NCBI GenBank assembly: GCA_018398765.1
Contig: JAHBMJ010000256.1
Coordinates: forward strand, 1 to 52,573
Length of the DNA: 52,573 nt
Direction: 5' to 3'
Source: Chromera velia
Lineage: Eukaryota
Part shown: positions 11,463-24,500 of the stretch, in pieces
Numbering within the stretch: position 1 is the stretch's first letter
Layout of the letters: the number at the start of each line of letters is the position of its first letter
Notes under the pieces: model-generated
Databases searched by the model: none
Told to the model about the DNA's origin: nothing
What the model saw: only the letters and a program-made list of their open reading frames with translations
Translations under genes and position numbers: made by a program

Positions 11463-14400
11463 TTACTTAATGAGAGAGCGGTGTCCAGGAATTCCGGTCA
11501 TTTTAGCGAGATAGTCCGCCCTGCAAATAGGAGACAAAACCCGGAGAGGGTTTGGGCCAGGTCTTTTGCATTCAGCAAGATTTATTGATTTGAAAGCTTT
11601 AGCCAGCACTCTTACACAGCAAGTCTTCCTGAGGTGTTTGCCCTTCGTGAATCGAAACAAAAGATATTCGAATATAGTCGTAAACAAAATTCAGGTCAGG
11701 AAATGACAACCGACCTGCTGGTGTCGTGGGCCTGCATTTTGAGTCTGATAAATCGGTCAGAGCCCTCAAGCGCCTCTGCAGAGAGGAACACATAGACGCA
11801 ACGAAGGAGGACAGAAGATGTTTGAAGGGAGGACGGCAAGACGGGAGGTATTCGGAAAAGCATACTTTTGCGCATTCGGGGAAAGTCCTCCAATCCTTCC
11901 TGACACAATGCATCCTATGGATTCTTGACTCCTCACTGCTATCTTCATGCATGGATGTGTCCCATGTTTCGTGCTGCAATTGCGTGAGCGCTCATGCATG
12001 CATCTCATGCACTGAACATGAATCGGACCGACAAAGTAGTGAGAATTTCTGTTGTACACGAGGCGGAGGTCTCTGTTCAACTAAATTTCTGCCTAATTAT
12101 GTCTGTATGGCCCTATCACCCAAAATCCTAAGCTCCTCGCCCCCCCGCCCCCCCTCTGACCTTGAAAGGAGACCTCACAGAGGTCCGACACCCTTCCGAA
12201 AGCGGCTCTCAGATGGTCCTTGTAGATTACAATCTTCCCACTCAACTTCCGAAGCTGCGAGAAAAAAAAATGGAAAAAATGTTTCACTTCCTCATGCACA
12301 CGCACAAATTTCCAAAGCATCTCATGATCTCTTCGCACAGACGTGTATCAATTGCCTCTTTGCTTCAGCTCTCTCCCATGCTCCCCTTCACTGGATTGCG
12401 GAGAGAACAAAAAGAGTCCACAAAGAAGCGCCACAAACAGAACGGACAGACCATGAGAGCAAAAAATTTGATGTTGCTCTCCAGACAGCTGAATCATCAC
12501 TCGAATCGCGGCCTCAGAGTATTCAACGTTTGAGAGATTTGCCAAACTTTAAGGCAAAAGCAACATGTTCTTCTCACCTAGTCTAGTAGTGACAGTTTTG
12601 GTGTGATCAGCTGACCGTTCTTCGTTGCCATCTTCGGAGTCGAACCTTCACCGGCATATGCTCACGCTGCACAATCAGACGGGAGGGCAAATTTGGGTTT
12701 TTCATTTTTTCTCCACAGATACGCAATGAACTTTCATTCAAGCAGGTCTGGGCACAAAGAGACCATGAGAATCTCTACAAACCCCCCTTACTTTCTTGAA
12801 AGGTGAACAAGGCCCATAACACAACTTAACGAAATCTCCTCTCCTCTCCTTGACCGGGTCGGATGTCCTTTCAGTCATGGCAGCGAAGAGAGGAGGGGAA
12901 AGGGGGAAATTCGGTTTGACATTCTTTCTTCTCTTTTGACCAAATGGCCAATGACTCTCAAGCCACCTCCATTAGATGGGGTGACGTTTATTCAACATAT
13001 TAAGACAAAAGCGCAACTGAATTGAGAGAACAACGGACCTGAGGGCCGAGTTTGAGCATCAGCTTGTCGATCTCCTCTCTCCACGCGCGCCTGTCATTTA
13101 GGCGTCTCCTCTCTTCCTCAATGTCGTTGCTTGTCATCTCCGCCTGCGTCTGCTGCTGCTGAGGAGCTTGTTGCTGCTGCCCTTGGCCTGCCGCTGCCCC
13201 GGCGTCCGCCCCCTCTGCCCCCGTACCCCCTTTCTCGTCCCCCTCGCCCTCTTTCTCTCTGGCCCCGCCCTCCCCTTCTGCGTCCTGCAGCGCTCTCTGA
13301 GAATCGGCCCTCCTCTGACTGTGGGGGGGAAGGGGGGCGTCCACGTGCACAGCTGCGTAGAGAGACTGACGGAGCCCGTTGCTGAGCTGATCAGGCCTTT
13401 GCCTGGGTGGCCGGGGCTTTCTGTGGTCCCCGTGAGTGTGGCGTCGGTGAGTCTTGAGTCTCCCTGAAGCTGCAGGGGAACAGTCGAAGAAAGCCGAGCA
13501 CAATCAGAAAGGACAGGGGAAAAGAGGGGAAGCCAAAGAGGACCAAAAAGTCAATCGAAATGTGTGAAATGATCCGAACAGGATATTATTTTGGTTTGGG
13601 GTTCTGTGATGCCCTATGGCTCTTCTGTCACACTGCTGTGTTTGTCTTTGTGCAACTCATTGATGGAATCCGTCTTGTCGTTTTGTCTGACTGCTTCTGC
13701 CCCTGCCTTCAATCGTCATCCTGTATCTTCTGAATAATTGTGCTTTGCCTCTCATCCGATATTCCGGTCCGAATTGTATTCTGCCTTCATTCCTTCATGT
13801 TTCCCCTTTGGCCCATTGTCGTTGTTTGCCTTTGCCGGACCCTGCAGGAACTTACGTGGTCGGGGAGTTCGAATTTTGTTCAGTGCCTGTATCATTTTGG
13901 GGTTGTCTTTGTGTTTCCTGCACGGAGATAAAAGGCGTCACATCAAGAGGCTTGGCAGAGGCAGCATGATTGATGTTTATGAGGAACACAGCCTGGACAG
14001 CTGGCACGGCTTTCTATCGATGACAAATGCGGGGAGGGTAGAACGAAGAGGTCGAGCGACAAAGAAAGCGGTTGGACGGCCGGGAGATGAAAGGCTTGGG
14101 GCAAGGGATGGGCATGCAAGCACGCAGAGGGAAGAGTGTATGGAACACTTTTTTACCCACGAATAGAGCAGGAGAGGGATTCTGAAGGAAAGATAATGCC
14201 GATGAATATGTATTGCCGTCATTTGAAGGAAAGAACGAAGGCAGGAAGGAAGGAAGGACGGAAGGAAGGAAGGAAGGAAGGAAAAAGGAAAGGAAGGAAA
14301 GAAGAGAAGAAGGAAGAAAAAAAGGAAGGGAAGCGACAAAAAAAAGGAGGAAAGGAAGGAAGGAAGAAAACAAGAAAGTAAGCAAGGAATGAGTGAATGA

Positions 14401-17400
14401 AAAAAAAAAGAAAGGAATTGAGGATTTTAGAAGCTGACTTGAACAATCCGTCCTCGTCCTCTTCTACGCTTGCCCTCCCACTGCTGACGGCCTGGCTCTG
14501 TCTCTTCGAAGAATTCACGGATTGTCTGGAGAAGAACGCCACTTCCCTCTTAGTGTGGCTGCCCCCCCCTGAGATAATTGCAGGTGCTGATGCCTGTCTC
14601 CATGGACTCATCTGCATCGCAGATCTCATCGAGCTCATGTGGGCATCATCTGTCACCGACTCCTCGGGGTGTCTCAGCCTCGTTCCCTGCACTCACGCAC
14701 AAAAGCACAATGAAGAAGAATGATGCACGATGAAGAGAGACTCCTTTGGAGATTGAAGAAAAGAGGTCCGATTTTGAAGAGGGCATTCGGGTGTCTTCTG
14801 GGCCTTCGCGTGGTCTCTGACCAAATTTCATTACTTTCAGAAGACTCGCATGGTTTGATTCCGTCACCAGCGCCGGGTCTTCTCATCCCCCCAGCCGTCC
14901 TGAAGAGTGTGTGCATTCACAGCGACAGGCACGGAGCACGAGCGTGAAGAGAGGAGAGAGACCTCCATGCTTGCAAGGCTAGTTGCTGGCCGACTGACAT
15001 CATGCATCCCCCCTCCGCCTTTGCCCTTCATGTGCCCGATCCCCATATGGTCGCCTTGTTCTGCGGGCAATCATTCAAAAAAGGAGACACAGACGAAGGC
15101 GAAGAGAAGCAAGGGACAGATATGAGAGCGACTCCGTCAAATCGCATGTATTGTTGCATGAGATGGGAGCACGTGCCTGACGTCTACAGCCAACATGGGA
15201 ACGTCATTTTCTCTTGCAGAACGACTGCCTCGATCTCTCCCAAGAAGGCCGCGGCAGGTCCATGAAATTGAAAGCCGCAAATGGACTTACACTGATTCCT
15301 AGTGAAAAAACAAATCCCGATTTGTGAATAAACATTGCACATGTTATGTGTTACGTTTGCATATTCTTTTTTTCGTACTTTTTCTGTCTCCATGCCCTTT
15401 TCCTCTTCCTGCTTCTCTCTCTTCCATTCGGTCATTCATTCATTCATTCATCCATTCGTTCATTCTCTCTCTCTCTCTCTCTTTCTTTCTGTTTCTCTCT
15501 GAGGTCGTGTGTGTGTGGATGACAGACCGGTGGTGCTTTGGACGTACCGCTTCGAGAGAGAATGTCACTTGAGGGATCCGCCAGGCTTGAGCACGAGACA
15601 CGGCCTGCACTTCCAACAAGGAAGCAATTTTTGAGTGCAAAGACCGCATCGTTCATCTGTATTTGTGATTCGGGGGAGCAAGACATAAGCAGGAGAAGCT
15701 GCCCGCCTGGCAATTCCTCAAGGAAAAAGTTTAGAAAAAAAAAAGAGACACACAGGACGCCTACAAATGTGGCCTCAGGAGTTTGTGCATACAGACAGAA
15801 GGCGAATCGCAGCGAAGGAGAAAGAGGAAAAAAACGAAGAAAGAAAAAAACGTAAAAGGAAGGAAACTCTTGCTTCTCTCTTTGTCGGTAAAGAGAAGTA
15901 ATGAACTGAAGTCACCAGCTCTCCCTGACGCACGCCAACCCTATCTAGACAGTGCTATGTATGTTCTTCAGGGCCACTTGATCAGGCCCCGGTCCTCTGC
16001 GCTCCCGCGCACGTCCCTTCTCCTCTCTTTTCTCTTTCCCGCTCCCCCTCGAGACGGCTTGAGCCACGGTACCCTTATCATGCCACAAAAGCCATCCCAT
16101 TCTCTGCATCTGCCGCGATGACCGACCTTGTTTGATAAGCTGTAAATGCCGTGAATGGGGATCCCCGCTTGCCCTCAGTCTGCGCATTTCCAGTCTCCGC
16201 CTATTCAGTCGCATGTGCTGCAGTCCAGAGAAGGGGGGGCAGAATCTTCAAAGAGGACGGAACATGCAGCGAAAGAAATGACCAGTCGTTGTCTAGTTGG
16301 TTCACAAAGGAGTGGACACAGGCTACTCGTTTGGCTACAGAATTTTCTTGCCCTTGTTGCGACGTTACATTTCGCTTCTCTTCTTCTGCCCGTTCAATCC
16401 CTAGTTTTTTCCAGCCACATTTTGAGTCCATTCATTCCAGTCTGTTCACACTTCCTCGAAAGACCCACAGCCCCCCATTGCACTCACATTTCGAAATTGC
16501 ATGTGCGCCTTCCGGCTTTCGTTGAGTTGCTGCTGGATTTTCCACTCGACGAAAGGAAGCTGCGGGGGGTGCACCGAGTAGGGCTCAGTTGCGGTTGAGG
16601 ACTCCATCAGAGACGGCTGGATGGCAAGAGAGTTGCACGCAGTGTCAGTCAGAGCCAGCATGTGCGAACCCCCAGGCGGGACACCCAGAGAAGCTCCACA
16701 GATTCGGAGGGGGGGGAGGGGGTTCCTTCGAATTTCCTCGGCCTCCCTCTTCACTCGTTCTCTCCACATGGTCTCCCTCTCCTGCCACGTCTGCTCTCTT
16801 CTCTCTCTTCCCCTCGCGGAAGCTTGCCAGCTCGACAGCGTCGGCCTTCGAAGAGAATTGTCGTGGGTGTCTGCTGTCGTTAGAATGCGGTCTGCTTGCT
16901 GCACGAAGGAAGTTTGAAGAGTATGCTATGCGTGTCGGTTTTCTAGGGTCGACGAGTGTAAGTGTGCAGCAAAGCTCAAATGTCGCGATACGGAACAGAA
17001 AAAGGTAGCTACCCATGCACAAAAGTAAAGTCTCTGTACCGAAAAAGTATAAGAAAATAGACATATAAAAGAGATTGACGGATGGTAGAACAGCCATGCC
17101 GGGAGGATCAAAAGATGGACAAACGTTGGATGGTAATTTTGCGTATATACCTCGATCATTGATTGGAATTTGCTGATGTTCGGGAAGGTCGTGTGCGTGC
17201 TGTCTCCCACGGAGCGTCGCACAGAGCTCTTGTCCCCAGGGGTCCACCTGGAGCTCCGGGGCTGGGAGCCGAAGAGCGATGAGGTCGCTCCCATTCCGGA
17301 TCCCTCGTTGGCAGTGTTGTCAAGGGCCGCAGCCGAAATGTCTCGGTAGTGGGAAGCATCTGGAGCGAAATGCTGCAATTAGACACGCAAGATAGAAAGC

Positions 17401-17659
17401 AAAACAAGAAATTGGGTATCAGAGGTGTATGGGATACAGGGAAAAGTAGTTGTCGAGACGAAAGAAAAGAGAGCATGATCGGGGCCCGCATGCGCGACCA
17501 CTCAGCCAAGCACACAAAGCAAGTGCTGACATCCAAGCGTACTTGACTGTCAATTGTCTGTAAACCCGAATGGGGATTGGCGGAGTATGCTGCTGTACAG
17601 AAAGCGGATGGACGCACCTTCGCAAAGTTCCTCCAGTATGTGTCTTTGGATTGGGGCAT
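11463..17659 (-). CDS. Hypothetical protein, ~654 aa, 13 exons, mostly disordered with a helical basic C-terminal region
   Basis: Phase-consistent exons 17659-17543, 17372-17151, 16898-16488, 16217-16127, 15604-15548, 15060-14999, 14686-14439, 13917-13856, 13469-13039, 12666-12616, 12254-12161, 11775-11715, 11520-11463(TAA). Total 1965 nt, open throughout. No family recognised; the first exon and some donors have alternatives. Confidence 0.7.
14240..14366. repeat. Degenerate (GAAG)n microsatellite, intronic
   Basis: Direct reading. Confidence 0.85.
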
Positions 17660-18082
17660 CACGCAAGAAAAATGGACGGCCAGAGCAAAAGACCGCTTCC
17701 GCAGATGGAGAGCAGTGTGTCAGATTGCGCGTCTGGCCAAAAGAGGTCTGATCAGCTGCCTGCAGGTCTCCCTGCACAGGTGTGTTAATCTTGAGCGGAA
17801 GAGTGTTGCAGGCGGTCGTGCATGCTTGTATCAATTGTGGGAGATTTGAGAAGGCAGTCGAGAAAGGCTCTGATCTGCGATGCGATTCTCCCCTTTGTCT
17901 GGACCCTCCCAGGACCTTATGCAGAGCCGTCGATCTGTCCTCAGAATGCGGTGTGAGTGTATAAACTGCACAACAAGACTTATATATATATAAGAGTTTT
18001 TCATCTGAATACGTACATATATATATATATATATATACGTATATATATACATCGATATTTATAAGAAAGAAATATTTATGAG

Positions 18083-18402
18083 TGCATGCATGCGATGTGC
18101 ATGCGTACATGAGATTTCACACTCAGAGGGCAAATCAGATTGCAAAAAGGCCCCAGACCACCTCCGCTTTCGCATACTGAAAATCAAGAGCTCCCGCGCG
18201 CAACCGAAGTCTTGAGGCACTTGCAAATATGGTCGATTCGTGAATTATATATGTAACGCATGCATGTCTGATACACCCTCCACAAGTTAGTGCCTCATTT
18301 GTCGCAGAACTTAAAGGGCAAACCGTCACAATAGGGAAAAAAAGTATGCTGAAAGAAGGGGCCCTCGGACAAGGCCAGTCTCTTTGACGCATGCATGCAT
18401 GC
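18083..18402. promoter_or_regulatory. TGCATGCA motif cluster in a divergent intergenic region (putative ApiAP2-type sites)
   Basis: TGCATGCA at 18083-18090 and 18392-18399 and GCATGCA at 18258-18264, between the start codons at 17659(-) and 18550(+). Confidence 0.4.
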
Positions 18403-18549
18403 GCTTTAATTGACAGATCGAGCTCGAGCCGTCGACTTCAAACTGAACTTCGATCTCCATCTTGTGTATACCAGTGACGACCTGATTGACAGTGTGTACG
18501 TATGTGAACAGGTGAACAGTCAAAGAAACCTCGAAACACATGCAGTGAG

Positions 18550-21476
18550 ATGACACGCAGAGCAGTCGCCCCAGGGGTGTGTGGGATTTTGCTCCTGATT
18601 CTCTTTGCACTGTCTGAACTGTCCGCTGGCGTTAGCCTTCCGCCCTCAGACATCGGTGACCGTTCAACCTGGAGTAACGATTTTACATCGAACTACAATG
18701 GCATAGCAGGAAGGTACAAGGACTACGCAGGATCCGTATGTGCAGGGCGTTACAGGGCGATGGGAAATTCGCAATGGTACGATCACGGCCAGCCCGACGA
18801 GCTGTCACCAGCCGCGGCATTCGACAGAGTGCCGGGGTCCTGGACGAACAAGGCCATGTGGCTGGATGCCGTTTTCACTAATCCAGGAACAAGTGCGAGT
18901 GAAGACACGAACAAGACACTCGTTCTTGAAATTCCTTGCTTGGTAACTTTAGACGCCTACAGTTTGCAATCAAGAACCGACACCAGTGCGGATACCGTAC
19001 CAAGTAAAATGGAGGTTTTCGGTTCTGATGACGGGGTTGGGTGGACTCTCCTGAGCAGTTTTACGGGGGAAATGGGTTGGATTGTGGGGGAGACGAGGAA
19101 CTTTACTGTGAGCAGCGCTCTGGGCCCTTTCAGCATTTTTAAGTTCGTGGCAAAGCGTATCGCCAGAACGGGCTCGAGTTACATGGCAATCTCCGACATC
19201 ATTCTCTACGCAGAGACCTGGACCGGTGAGGCTCCACAGACGTTTTTTATGTGTTCCTCTTTCAAAAAATTTATGCAAACTGGTCACCCATCTCTCTCAT
19301 TCAATTTCATGAAATATGGTGAATATTATATAGGTCCTGAACTTGTTAGAGACAATGTGCATGCGTACTGCATTGCAGTGGCGAAGACATTGTATGAATG
19401 AAATAGAGTGGATGGGCTCGTCTCCGTGCAACTGAGATCTGCTTGACCGTTTTGTTACGGTAGTACTTGAACGTTCGATGCGACATGCTTCCAAGCAGGA
19501 CGCTTTTCTGCATGCGCGAGCGGTACTGAAACAGACGGACTGTGTCAAGCAGAAAATCCAGCGGCGCCACAATCCAAACTTTTCAGCGAAGAGAGTGAAC
19601 ACACGAGTATTAAGGCAGGAGAGAGGAGCAAAGCATACGACTACTTCCTCTCGCCGCGTTCCTTTGTGCAATACTCCCCGTACTGCAAATAATCGTGTGT
19701 GCATGTATTAATTAACACATGCTGCAGCTGACGACGCTGATGAGTGCTCAACCGGAGCTCACAACTGCGATTCTAACGCTGTGTGCACCAACATGGCAGG
19801 CTCCTTCACCTGCGCCTGTGCGCTAGGATTCAGGGGAAGCGGGGTCTCCTGCAGCACTACCGTTTTGTCCATCCCCCCTTCCGACATAGGCACCGAACCT
19901 GAATGGATTTTGGACGAGGACGTTCTTTACAACGGGGTGAACACTTTATATCGGGACTATGCAGGAGCAACCTGTCCGGGGCGCTTTCGAGCAAAGGCCA
20001 ATAACATCTGGTATCGATACACTCACTCGACATCTCAACTGAGTCCTGCCCATCTTTTCGACCATGTCGAGGGCGGCTGGCCGAGCTACACCATGTGGCT
20101 GTCGGGACTGAGCAATGTCGACGGAACAAATTCAGCCACGGATGCAAATGAGACGTTCGTCCTTGAGGTTCCTTGCCTAGTTACTCTGTACTCCTGGGCA
20201 GTGCAGGCCCGGTCTGACACAAATGCGTACATGACAGTGAGCAAGATGGAAGTCTGGGGGTCGAGGGATGAGCAGAGCTGGACGTTTTTGGGATCCATCG
20301 AGGGTGTGACCGCCTGGACGCCCGCCGAGTCGAAAGAATTCAATGCTGTGCCGGGGATGGGGTCGTTCAGCTTCTTCAAATTCGTCTGTCAGAGAATAGC
20401 ACGTACAGGGAGCAGCTTTATGGGAATGAGCGAAATCTCGCTGCACGCCTTAAATTGGACAGGTCAGTCCGACAGATCACTTTCGAACATAGACTGTTTT
20501 GTGTGTTTGCAATGTGCACGTGCACAAGTTTTGCTTGCATGACACTTGCAAACTGTGCAGCATGATGATCATGGCAGGACGGAAAAAAGAAAAGGAGCAT
20601 GAAAAGGCCCTCAGAATGGTCATTTCTGCGGTTGCTTGGCCGTTCTCACTTTCTGCACAGGGAGGCTTAGCTTACTTTTTGCGTGTGTATGGCTCTTCTT
20701 GGATTTCCCCCCCTTTGTCACCTTTGCGCTCTGCAGGCGTCGACGAGTGTGCACTTGCCACTCACAACTGTCACATGAACGCGACCTGTGTAAACAACGC
20801 AGAAAGCTTCACTTGTGAGTGCAACATGGGAGTGGATGGAGACGGGGTCTGGTGCGAGAACCTCCTGGTGCCCCCCCCTCACATTGGGGCTGGTCCGACT
20901 TGGACTCATGACTTTAAAATCTTGTGGGGGGGTGTCCCGACACTTTACAAAGACTATAACGGCACGAAATGCCCCGGCAGATACCGAATCTCCACGAACA
21001 CGTGGTGGTGGGACTACGGGGATATCGATGACGCGACCTCAATTGCGGGAGCGTTTGACAGAATTCAAGGAACCTCGGCAGACGGGACTGTGTGGTTGAC
21101 TGCTGACAAAGACGCTGCGGGGTTGAATGACGCATCCGATTCAAATATTGAGATTGTCGTTGCGTTGCCGTGTTGGGTCCAACCCTGGTCATGGACAGTC
21201 CAAACTCGTGAGGGGAGCAATTCGTACATGCCGAGCAAAATGAGTTTCTGGGGGTCCTTGAATCTGATCACTTGGATTCCTCTGGGCTCATTTGAGTCAG
21301 AGCTGTGGTGGGCAGACAGTGAAATCCGAGAATTTGATGCGGTGAGAACCTGGTATTTCAATTATTTCAAATTCGTTGTGGAGAGATCAACCTCCTCGAG
21401 CACCAATTGGGTCGGGGCGGGGGAAATCGAACTGAAGGCTCTCAACTGGACTGGTGCGTCATTACGTCTACCTCTT

Positions 21477-21527
<51 letters not shown>

Positions 21528-21531
21528 GTAC

Positions 21532-21585
<54 letters not shown>

Positions 21586-24500
21586 ATGCCTATCTTTCTT
21601 TCTTTCTTTCTTTTTTCCTTTCTTTCGTTCTGAGAAGAGAAAAGAAAGAAACATATTGTCCATCAGTCTGTAGGTCTCTTTCGCATGATTTCACCAGTTT
21701 CCCTTGCTGAGCATAATCTCCTTTGGATTCAGTCTTCTCTCATAGTGGGTCTTCTCTCTTGTTGACTGGCATATGTCACGTAAGACTCACTGTCTTGCCG
21801 GAGTCGAAAAGAAGTTTTCTTTCTCGCGTCGATCGTCTTCGGGTCTTCCAAAAGCGGTTGACCGCAATTAACACAGCAACGTGCAATCACAAGGCCTTTT
21901 ATTTCTCATTCTTCGCTTTTTTTTTCTGTGCAGCTGACACTGCCAACGAGTGCGCTGACGGTAGTCACAACTGTCACGCGAACGCCACTTGTTTGAACAG
22001 TCCGGGTAGCTTCCTGTGTACCTGTGACAGCCTCTTCAGAGGCAACGGTGTGGCCTGTGACCTTGAGTTACTCCAGATCCCGTCCTCTGATATAGGGGCA
22101 GGGTCGACATGGCTGATTGATCTGGACACCAAATACTCAGGCGTCGTCAGTCTCTACACAGACTACGCAGGGAACGTGTGCCCCGGCAGGTACCGGGCCG
22201 GCGTCAACCTTGCCTGGTACGACTTTGGAAACACGGCCGCACCGACTCCTGCGGGCTTGTTTGACCGCCAGGTTGGGTCATGGGCAGCTAAAACGACCAT
22301 GTGGCTCGGCCAGGCTGGACAAGCGGCAGGGCTGAACAGTGCGTACGAGTCGAATGTAGAGCTCATGTTGGAACTCCCTTGCTTCGTGACTTTGCATTCT
22401 TACGGCATCCAGCCGAGGAGTGACAATTATCGCGATACAACACCCAGCAAATTGGACGTCTACGGCTCTACGGACGGCGTGCAGTGGAGGGTCATCGGGG
22501 GCTACTCGGGGCACAAACACCACATGTACGGGCAGACCTATGAGTTCGGGTTGAATGTCACAGAAGCGTTCAGCAAGTTCAAGTTCGACTATCGGAAGAG
22601 TTCTCAAACCAGCGATGGCTGGCCGAGCATCGGGGAGATTGAATTGTTTGCTTTCAATTGGACAGGTCCGTTGGCTGATGAAATGAATCCATTTGACGGC
22701 TATGAGAGCGTTCATGCATACCCTTCCTGACGGTACACAGAGCAGAGAGGATTTCCTTTCGTTGACTAGTCCTCAATCTCTCATTTGCTTAGATTGTTCC
22801 TGCGATTGAGACTTTTGTCCTTGATGTCAATATGCTTCTCTCTTGTTTGCAGACGACAACATGGACGAGTGCTCAAATGGGACACACAACTGCCACCCAA
22901 ACGCTACTTGCACAAACAACGCAGGGAGCTTCACCTGTAAATGCGGCCCAAGTTTTAGGGGCGACGGTGTGTCATGCGATGTCCAAATTATTCTGCTCCC
23001 CCCTGCTGACATCGGCACCGCCAGTTCATGGACGGAGGACGCCACTTACCCTCATGGAGGGTTGAACACTGAGTGGAAGGTATACACGGGGACACAGTGC
23101 CCAGGAACGTACATAGCCAAAGCCAGCGAGCCATGGTGGGATTATGGGCAGTCCGATTCCCAGGGACCTGCAGGGGCCTTTGATCGAGTCGTTGGCTCCA
23201 GTGCCGATAACTCGGCCTGGGTTACCGAATGCTGTGCTAAGGGTGCTGGAACAAGCAGCGCATATGATTCCAATCAGACCGTGTTCCTCTCTCTTCCCTG
23301 CCAGGCCTGGATTTACTCGTATGCCCTACAGTCGCGTTCGGATGGGTTCTCTACTCAGATGCCCAGCAAGATGAACGTCTACGGATCTCTAAACGAACAA
23401 AATTGGACTCTGATCGGTTCCTATGACGGAGAGATGAACTGGGAAAGGGGGGACACGAAGGAATTCCTGGTTGACCCTTCAGTGGGCGGATTCGTATTTT
23501 TCAAATTTGAGGGTCTGAGGATCTCCAAAACAACCGACGACTACATGGGAATCGGGGACATCCACCTGAATGCTCTCAATTGGACTGGTAGGTGAGCATG
23601 CACCAAGAACTGCCTGCCACTCTACGCCCTAACGCTCTTTCAGCTTCCTTGCTTTGTTCATTCGTTCGTTCGTTCGTTCCTTGTTTCTTTGGCTTTTTTG
23701 CCTGCCTGCCTGCCTGCCTGCCTGCCTGCTTCCTTACCTGCCCGACGGCCTCTTTGAAATACTTAGATGAAGGTAACGAACTGCATGGGTGATCTCTCTC
23801 TCTCTTGTGTGGGTGTGTCTCTCTCTCTCTTGTGTGTGTGTGTCTCTCTCTCTCTCGTGTGTGTGTGTGTGTGTGTGTATGTGTGTGTGTGTGTCCCACG
23901 TGCATGCAGAGCTTCCTGACAAGTGCGCGAACCAGACCCACAACTGCAATGTCAACGCGACCTGCAACGACACAGTCATCAGCTTCATCTGCACCTGCAA
24001 TCGAGGCTTCGAGGGAGATGGCGTGGCCTGTGCGGGTGAGCAGAAGACTCGAAAAGAAAGAAAGAAACATTCAGTAACAATCAATCAATTTCTGTGCATG
24101 TCTCTGTAGCCCTTTAACGCTGCTCCAAGTCCGTTTGGGTGCATTCACGCCCATCTGAATTCGCCCTGACAGACCTGGTTTTTGTTTCCACCTCAATTTG
24201 ACTCTGCCCAGCTGCATGCTTCTCGTTCGGCCTTTCTAGTTTTTCCTCATACACACTTTTGGGCTCGGTTTAGTACCTCAAGTGCACCTGAATTCCACAT
24301 CTCTTCCCTGTTGAGCACATATGTGTACAAACCCCGCGACACCTCTCTTTCCATTTGGATGTCCGTCAAGGCGTCTGTGTCTATGTGCATCTTTCTGCCC
24401 GCCAAACTCGATGGTGGTCTCTGTACGGATTGCACCTTCCACCGGCCAGTCTGCATGCCTCACTCGTGACTCCCTGCAAGTTGCAGACGCTGAGGAGTGC

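Noticed and set aside
11726..12586. 286-aa plus-strand ORF
   Set aside because: It starts at GTG, has no motifs, and is antisense to phase-consistent exons of the 11463-17659 gene.
19226..21710. ORF extensions past the NWT/TWT ends of the lectin-like modules
   Set aside because: Each module ends at a GT donor; the extensions are intron read-through, including microsatellite translations.
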